This document shows positions 17,864 to 23,381 of a stretch of 32,000 nt of DNA, piece after piece; within the stretch, counting starts at the first letter, position 1, and each line of letters starts with the position of its first letter. Location of the stretch: NCBI RefSeq assembly GCF_000025945.1, contig NC_006138.1:420001-452000 (forward strand). Direction: 5' to 3'. Source of the stretch: Desulfotalea psychrophila LSv54 (GTDB lineage: Bacteria; Desulfobacterota; Desulfobulbia; Desulfobulbales; Desulfocapsaceae). Both the position numbers and the translations under genes were made by a program. Below the pieces are notes generated by a model. It ran no database searches, was not told the DNA's origin, and saw nothing but the letters and a program-made list of their open reading frames with translations.

Positions 17864-19150
17864 ATGAGTAACTATTTAACAGATGATACAAAGGCAATAA
17901 TCCTGCTTTGCGGATTCTTTGGAAAAGACAGCTCTACCAAGCCATTGTCGCAGGGAGATTACAACAAGCTTGTTGATTGGTTGATCAGTTCTGGCATGCG
18001 ACCAAAAGATTTGCTACAGCAAGAAAACATCGACCCAGCAGCAAAAGGATCAGGAATATACCAACAACGGTTAGAGGCCTTGCTCGGACGTGGAGTTCAA
18101 CTAGGCTTCGCCGTTGAGGAGTGGCAGCGTAATGGTATCTGGATTATTAGCCGAAGTGATACTGACTACCCAACACGATACAAAAATCATTTGGGTAAGC
18201 AAGCTCCGCCATTGCTTTTTGGTGTTGGTGATCGCTCGTTACTAACTGGTGGTGGTCTCGCGATCATAGGTTCTCGAAATGTAGATGAAATAGGCGGGAA
18301 TTTTACACGAGAGGTAGGTGCATTATGTGCTCAGAATAGGATGCCTGTCGTGTCAGGTGGTGCCCGTGGTGTAGATCAGTTTTCGATGACAGCGGCACTT
18401 GATGCCGGGGGCATGACTATTGGAGTTCTTGCCGATAGCCTTCTGAAAAAGAGCCTGGAACGTACTGCGCGTAAAGCAATTGCAAGGGGAAGGCTACTAC
18501 TCATTTCTGCTTGTCACCCCAATGCACGGTTCACCGTTGGAACCGCTATGGGGCGAAATAAGCTTATTTATGCCATGGCTGATTATGGTCTGGTTGTAAG
18601 CGCCGAACATAAAAAAGGCGGAACTTGGGCTGGGGCAGATGAAGAGTTAAAACGAGAACACTCTATTCCTGTGTTCGTGAGGCAAGGGAACGATGTCCCA
18701 CTCGGCAATTCAAAGCTTTTAGGCTTAGGTGCAATTGCTTGGCCAGACAAGGTTGACCATCAAAATCTAAGGGGACAGCTTACTGAGCTTTCGTCCCAAT
18801 GTGCCCAAAAGAGTACTCAGAAAAATATGAGCCTACTCGACTTTCAAGAGAGGCAAAAAGAACCGGCCAAGGAGCTCCCTAAAGCAGAGAGTATCGAATT
18901 AACCGAGTCTTCCAATGTTGTTGAAGATACTGCTGCAAAACACTCAGTCACTACAGTGTATGAAACTGTTTTGCCCCTCATATTAGAAAAGCTTGAATCC
19001 CCCACAACGGTTGACGAACTAATATCATCGCTGGATGTGGTTAAAACACAACTCAATGTATGGTTGAAAAAAGCACTTGAGGAAAAAAGAGTGGTTAAGC
19101 TGACACGTCCAGTAAAATATCAAAGGATTAGTTCGAAAGAACAGACGTAA
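17864..19150 (+). CDS. DprA/Smf-like (SLOG Rossmann) protein with a C-terminal winged-helix-like tail
   Basis: Begins 15 nt after the RecQ::PRTase stop. Carries 'YPTRYKNHLGKQAPPLLFGVGD', 'GLAIIGSRN', 'VVSGGARGVDQ', 'TIGVLADSL', 'MGRNKLIYAMAD' and 'KKGGTW', the DprA core order. An acidic linker leads to 'TTVDELISSLDVVKTQLNVWLKKALEEKRV'. Confidence 0.9.
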   Translation: MSNYLTDDTKAIILLCGFFGKDSSTKPLSQGDYNKLVDWLISSGMRPKDLLQQENIDPAAKGSGIYQQRLEALLGRGVQLGFAVEEWQRNGIWIISRSDTDYPTRYKNHLGKQAPPLLFGVGDRSLLTGGGLAIIGSRNVDEIGGNFTREVGALCAQNRMPVVSGGARGVDQFSMTAALDAGGMTIGVLADSLLKKSLERTARKAIARGRLLLISACHPNARFTVGTAMGRNKLIYAMADYGLVVSAEHKKGGTWAGADEELKREHSIPVFVRQGNDVPLGNSKLLGLGAIAWPDKVDHQNLRGQLTELSSQCAQKSTQKNMSLLDFQERQKEPAKELPKAESIELTESSNVVEDTAAKHSVTTVYETVLPLILEKLESPTTVDELISSLDVVKTQLNVWLKKALEEKRVVKLTRPVKYQRISSKEQT

Positions 19151-19406
19151 TACACTGATATAAATTACAGAAAATGCCCGGACAGAAAGTTTGTTACAGC
19201 TCACAATAAAGTTTGGGTTAACAACATAACCTATATCTTGAAAGGGATTTGCCTACGGCCCCCCCTTCTTTGACGTAGACCCGACCTAAAGGGCTCCCCA
19301 CTGTCCAGAGAGGCCGCCCAGGGGGCAATTGGAGGGATGTAAGAACAAGAGGACTACAGGGCACTGCCTGAAGACAAGCGGGGCTACTGCGGAAAGGGGA
19401 AGGCTA

Positions 19407-19492
19407 GGAAAAAAGCACAAAAAAGGGTCCAATCTCTAATTGAAGAAATTGAGCCCTGAGCAAATGGTGCGGAGGTCGGAAACGAATTAATC
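19407..19492 (-). repeat. att-like/terminator repeat, copy B
   Basis: 'aggaaaaaagcacaaaaaaggg..(degenerate hairpin)..ccctgagcaaaTGGTGCGGAGGTCGGaaacgaattaatc' aligns along its whole length with copy C (21053-21139). It lies just downstream of the 19553 stop on the minus strand. Confidence 0.6.
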
Positions 19493-19552
19493 AGCTAAGC
19501 CACTTAAAAGGCAGATTTTTATGACACACTTTTGGGTACAATCTGGATTATC

Positions 19553-19981
19553 CTACTCAGCGTCAGAATCTTTTTCACGGAGTACCACTGGTATTTGAGT
19601 TACTTTTTTCCAGCGTCCACCTTCACTTTTACAGGAGACTTCAAAAAAGTATCGGCCAGGGCCCGGGGCCTCTACACCTTCCACCCTTGTTCCGAAGTCT
19701 CCTCCATAGGTTCCTTCTTTAATTGTAAACTCTTGTTCACCTACTACCCCAATAGCCTTCTCTGCACTATCCAGCAAAGTTATTTTCACAGTGAACAACT
19801 CGTCACTATTTGCATCGCCCCCATCTCTGTACCACTTGGAAAAAAGCAAAAAACCTGGAAAGTGTGGACCTTCTTTTTTGTTGTAAAACCCAACTTTCAC
19901 CAGATCTTGAAGAGACATTAACCCTGTCAACTCATCTTTAATAACCCGTAAACATGCAACCGATGTTATATGTTTTGGCAT
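19553..19981 (-). CDS. hypothetical protein (142 aa), third gene of the hicAB operon
   Basis: The ATG lies 3 nt after the hicB stop. The sequence is beta-rich with no recognised motif. Confidence 0.65.
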   Translation of the reverse strand: MPKHITSVACLRVIKDELTGLMSLQDLVKVGFYNKKEGPHFPGFLLFSKWYRDGGDANSDELFTVKITLLDSAEKAIGVVGEQEFTIKEGTYGGDFGTRVEGVEAPGPGRYFFEVSCKSEGGRWKKVTQIPVVLREKDSDAE

Positions 19982-19984
19982 GCT

Positions 19985-20551
19985 TTAACCCCTAGATGAT
20001 AAATTAATAGTGTTAACAGAAGACTCAAAATCAGACTTAACAACAGAAGTCCACTCATTAAGTGATGCCCCTGGCGTTTGTCTTTTCTCATACACACCAG
20101 ATAAACTTACCTCTTGAAAAGTAGCCTCCTGCTTCATCAGTAGATCTTGATGGTGACCCATCATTTTTCCTTGATTCACAAGTATCTCATCCAACTTATC
20201 AGAAATGCCTGCTTCTTTTGCCACCCCACCAATTTGACTGACTATGTAGGTGTTAAGGGACACACCACTTTTTTCGGAACGTTCTACGAGTTCACGGTGA
20301 AGCTCTTTTCCCATACGGAGACGAACTTGCCCACTATACCCCTTATCTTCTTCTGGCTGCTTAACTTGAGGTAATGAAATCCCATTTTTCTTAAGTGAAT
20401 TAATAGCCATTTCAAGGACAATACGAGCATCCTTTAATGCCTCTTTTTGGGTTTCGCCAAAAGCAGACAAAAGAGGAAACTCAGGGAAAGTTACAACGAA
20501 ACAGCCATCTTCTTCACTCCAATGGATTTTTTTCGTAAATTTTTCTTTCAT
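19985..20551 (-). CDS. hicB: HicB-family antitoxin with an RHH DNA-binding module and a ~65-aa C-terminal extension
   Basis: 'IHWSEEDGCFVVTFPEFPLLSAFGETQKEALKDARIVLEMAI' is the HicB N-domain. 'GQVRLRMGKELHRELVERSEKSGVSLNTYIVSQI' is a ribbon-helix-helix. Separated by 1 nt from hicA. Confidence 0.85.
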   Translation of the reverse strand: MKEKFTKKIHWSEEDGCFVVTFPEFPLLSAFGETQKEALKDARIVLEMAINSLKKNGISLPQVKQPEEDKGYSGQVRLRMGKELHRELVERSEKSGVSLNTYIVSQIGGVAKEAGISDKLDEILVNQGKMMGHHQDLLMKQEATFQEVSLSGVYEKRQTPGASLNEWTSVVKSDFESSVNTINLSSRG

Positions 20552-20552
20552 T

Positions 20553-20825
20553 CTATAGCCCTTCCTCTAATGAGTTGTCGTCAATGAATTGCACAAACTT
20601 TCTTACCTGATAAATCTTAGCCATTTTTTTATCTCCTTCCCTCGGTTGGAGGTTCAAAAAATGGTATGGATCATCGTGACGTTTGTACTGTTCGTGACTG
20701 CCGTCTGTGTGGTCATGGACAAAACCAAACGCCTTAACTAGCTTTTTAAGCTCTTTAAAAGAGACACTCGCGGGACTCTTCCTCGCTTTCTTTAGCAAAT
20801 TTGTAATTTTATCTTTTTTTGACAT
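20553..20825 (-). CDS. hicA: HicA-family mRNA-interferase toxin
   Basis: From the internal Met the protein reads MSKKDKITNLLKKARKSPASVSFKELKKLVKAFGFVHDHTDGSHEQYKR..., the YcfA/HicA pattern including the conserved 'GSHEQY' His. The longer track ORF adds an unlikely hydrophobic leader. Confidence 0.8.
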   Translation of the reverse strand: MSKKDKITNLLKKARKSPASVSFKELKKLVKAFGFVHDHTDGSHEQYKRHDDPYHFLNLQPREGDKKMAKIYQVRKFVQFIDDNSLEEGL

Positions 20826-21052
20826 AAGCAGCAAACCGTCTCTTTTTACCATTAATGGTACCACATTTGGTACCAGATGAGCAATATATAGATATAGTGC
20901 ACTGTGCACAATGCGCCAAATTATATTGTAAAGTGACACAGCTCAACAAACAGTGGCGTTTACTTACATTAAAAGCCCACAAAACATACATTTTTCATCC
21001 AATCATTCAATAGTACCATATACAGAATAGATAATACCGGCACTACCTCAAG

Positions 21053-21139
21053 AGGAAAAAGCACAAAAAAAGGGCGCAATTTCTATTTCTAGAAATTGCG
21101 CCCTAATCAATTGGTGCGGAGGTCGAATTCGAACTAATC
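21053..21139 (-). repeat. att-like/terminator repeat, copy C (best preserved)
   Basis: Perfect 14-bp hairpin AGGGCGCAATTTCT/AGAAATTGCGCCCT (21071-21104), preceded by an A-run (a T-run on the minus strand), then TGGTGCGGAGGTCG (21112-21125). On the minus strand this 14-mer reads CGACCTCCGCACCA, like an acceptor 3' strand plus discriminator plus CCA. Confidence 0.65.
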
Positions 21140-21253
21140 CTGCAAACCCTTTATTCATGGGTAACAAGGAGAATTGAAAAAAATCAACACCTTCAAATAC
21201 ACACGAAAATACACACAGAGAAATACTGCTCTTTTGCTCATCTGTTAAGGTCG

Positions 21254-21302
21254 TCTTCCTCCTAAGCAGAGGTCGCGCGTTCGAATCGCGCCGGAATCAC
21301 CA
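21254..21302 (+). tRNA. 3' fragment (~49 nt) of a tRNA-Arg(CCU) gene: anticodon arm to CCA, with no 5' half
   Basis: Anticodon arm TCTTC/CTCCTAA/GCAGA (anticodon CCT), variable GGTC, perfect T-arm GCGCG-TTCGAAT-CGCGC, acceptor 3' strand CGGAATC, discriminator A and CCA (21300-21302). The required 5' strand GATTCCG is absent from the preceding 100 nt. Confidence 0.75.
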
Positions 21303-21310
21303 GCCATTAA

Positions 21311-21346
21311 AGGTGCTTACGTTTTTCACTGTAAGTGCCTTTTTTG
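21311..21346 (+). terminator. rho-independent terminator following the tRNA fragment
   Basis: 10-bp stem AGGTGCTTAC/GTAAGTGCCT (two G-U pairs), a 10-nt loop, then TTTTTTG. Confidence 0.7.
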
Positions 21347-21474
21347 TTTTTGGCTTTGTGACATCACGATGACATCATATTTTGTGATTTGCTTTTAATA
21401 TGTTAGCGTGGAATTTTCGTATGCTTAACAGGAGAAATAAATCACCATACATATTTAAATAATTGTGAGAAAAC

Positions 21475-21972
21475 ATGACTCAAAATTTCCCAAATTTATT
21501 AAAAAGAAACCTTTGGCATGTGACTAGCAGAGACAGATTCTTGAGTATGCAGTCCTCTGGTGCAATTCTCAGGTGTCCCCCTATTGCGGATTCAGAGCGT
21601 TGGGCAACCTCTCAAGGCCGAGAGCATTGGCCATTAGTAAGATATCTTGGTGGAATAAGTCTTTTTAATTTCAACGATTTTGATCCTGAATTATATACTC
21701 AAACTTACCCAATGTCATCTTGGCGCTCTTTTGTGCCCTCATGTCACCGATTTACTGAAAGTATTTGGATAGAGATAGATAAAGAAGCTATTATTGATAG
21801 TTTGCTTTTTGAGAAGGACCTAAAACAAAGAGTGGCTGAAAGGAATCTTTGGTGTCATAACAGGATGCCTTTGATTGAAATCGCATGTCTATGTGATATT
21901 GATATTGATAATTTTCTCAATGTTTTCTTGCATGATACCCAGGTGCTTGATTTTGTACCTTATGATGGCTAG
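21475..21972 (+). CDS. hypothetical protein (165 aa); weak ADP-ribosyltransferase-fold-like pattern
   Basis: Clean ORF in an AT-rich context. It has N-terminal 'NLWHVTSRDRFLSMQSSGAIL' (an H-x-T/S start as in ART-fold proteins) and C-terminal 'AERNLWCHNRMPLIEIACL'. The assignment is speculative. Confidence 0.55.
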   Translation: MTQNFPNLLKRNLWHVTSRDRFLSMQSSGAILRCPPIADSERWATSQGREHWPLVRYLGGISLFNFNDFDPELYTQTYPMSSWRSFVPSCHRFTESIWIEIDKEAIIDSLLFEKDLKQRVAERNLWCHNRMPLIEIACLCDIDIDNFLNVFLHDTQVLDFVPYDG

Positions 21973-21989
21973 GCATTTTACATAGTGAT

Positions 21990-22538
21990 CTATTTTATGT
22001 TGTAGATGCTGGCGCGTGAAACCCCGTATTCTTTGGCCAGTTCCGTAGGGCTGGTTCCCTTTGCTCTCTTTTCTTTAATTTCTGCTTTCTGAGTGCCAGA
22101 TAATATAGCTTTTCTACCAAGGTGCTTGCCATCAGCCTTAGCCTTTGCAATCCCTGCAAGCTGACGCTCTTTCCTCAGGTTCGTTTCAAATTCTGCAAAG
22201 ACTCCCAACATTTGCAAAAAAGCCCTACCGCTGGCGGTGGCTGTATCTATCGCTTGATCAATAATTTCAATAGTCGCACCTTTGCTTTCAAGCTCCTGGA
22301 CGATCTTTGATAAATCCAATACGTTTCTTGCTAGTCGGTCAAGCTTCCATACTACGAGTTTGTCACCCTCATGAATCATGTCTAAGATAAGTTGCAAGAC
22401 TCCACGTCCAGCTGTGGTTGTACCTGACTTCTTTTCTTCCCTGTACACACCCTCTGGATATTTTGCCTGTAGCTTCTGCTTTTGGAGACCTGTGTCTTGA
22501 TCTGTTGTTGATACTCGACCATAAAGAAAAATATTCAT
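21990..22538 (-). CDS. small serine recombinase (resolvase/invertase family)
   Basis: MNIFLYGRVSTTDQDTGLQ... contains the catalytic Ser motif 'YGRVST.DQ'. 'VVWKLDRLARN' is present, and the C-terminal HTH is 'TSPTELAKEYGVSRASIYN'. Confidence 0.9.
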   Translation of the reverse strand: MNIFLYGRVSTTDQDTGLQKQKLQAKYPEGVYREEKKSGTTTAGRGVLQLILDMIHEGDKLVVWKLDRLARNVLDLSKIVQELESKGATIEIIDQAIDTATASGRAFLQMLGVFAEFETNLRKERQLAGIAKAKADGKHLGRKAILSGTQKAEIKEKRAKGTSPTELAKEYGVSRASIYNIK

Positions 22539-22559
22539 TCCACGCCCTCTGTTTCTAAA

Positions 22560-22680
22560 AAGTGTCATTATTTGTATAAAAACATCTTAGACCTTTCTGG
22601 AAACAGTGTCAACAATATAAAAACAGACCTTTATGACGCATATTTTAAGGGTGTCAGAAAGGTATACCTTTTTGACGCTT
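22560..22680. promoter_or_regulatory. res-like recombination site upstream of the resolvase gene
   Basis: TGTCA-type half-sites occur at 22563, 22606 and 22652, with inverted CGTCA half-sites ending at 22638 and 22677. They include the 24-bp imperfect palindrome GTCAGAAAGGTA|TACCTTTTTGAC (22653-22676). The gamma-delta/Tn3 resolvase half-site consensus starts with TGTC. Confidence 0.5.
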
Positions 22681-22688
22681 GGTGTGAT

Positions 22689-23378
22689 TTATGGCAGAGA
22701 ACTATTAGACCAGTTGAGATGAGGATGGTTTTGTTGTGTGTCGAAGATGTGGTTTTTATTTTCTTCGTCTAGCTCTATAGGTAGGTCGGCCCAAATTGAG
22801 AGATTATTATTCCATTCGCTTTCATAAAAATTTTTAAATATATATTTAATGAAAGTGCCAAAGCTCATAGCGTGGCCCACTCCCATTCGACATGAACTTG
22901 CTTGGAAATGTAAATGTGAAGCTGGATGATCTATAGTTTGCTGCTCAACATCAAAATCGAAACGCATAGGAGACCGGAGGACAAGGTACTCTTCCCAGTT
23001 TGACATATACAAATCTAATGCTCCAAGTGGCGTTTCATTCTCTATATCATCGTTAGGAATCAGTAAAGGGCATGGCCAATACCATAGACTGTGCTTTTTT
23101 AGCTTACCTCTTTTAAATGTATAGGAAACTCTGATAAACGCACCATCTTTGAGAATCGCATGAAATGCATTGTTCTCCAATATTGAACGGTATTGAAATA
23201 ATTTACCAAATGCACCATCAGCATTGTAACAGGCACCTCTTTCATGCCTGCCCCACGTTATCATCTCGGACTCATTATCTTGCTGAAGCACTGGTATGTT
23301 GTAAAAGTACAACAAATTCCTTTCTGAAAGAATTTTAAGTATATTGATAATGGCACATTGAGTCTTCTTTACTGTCAT
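22689..23378 (-). CDS. hypothetical protein (229 aa) translationally coupled to the upstream helicase; His-rich motif 'HPASHLHF'
   Basis: The ATG lies 3 nt after the helicase stop. No domain is recognised with certainty; membership of DUF2290 is a hypothesis only. Confidence 0.75.
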   Translation of the reverse strand: MTVKKTQCAIINILKILSERNLLYFYNIPVLQQDNESEMITWGRHERGACYNADGAFGKLFQYRSILENNAFHAILKDGAFIRVSYTFKRGKLKKHSLWYWPCPLLIPNDDIENETPLGALDLYMSNWEEYLVLRSPMRFDFDVEQQTIDHPASHLHFQASSCRMGVGHAMSFGTFIKYIFKNFYESEWNNNLSIWADLPIELDEENKNHIFDTQQNHPHLNWSNSSLP

Positions 23379-23381
23379 AAC

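Noticed and set aside
19532-19921. 129-aa plus-strand ORF
   Set aside because: It is antisense to the operon-embedded 142-aa gene and has a Phe/Ser-rich shadow composition.
21112-21200. Intact minus-strand tRNA using the ...CGACCTCCGCACCA end of repeat copy C
   Set aside because: The required 5' acceptor strand (GCGGAGG) is absent within 90 nt. The T-stem 5' strand does not pair and no D-arm is present. Only a 3'-end-like remnant can be claimed.
22572-22772. 66-aa plus-strand ORF upstream of the resolvase
   Set aside because: It spans the res-like half-sites and overlaps the end of the 229-aa gene. No support as coding.
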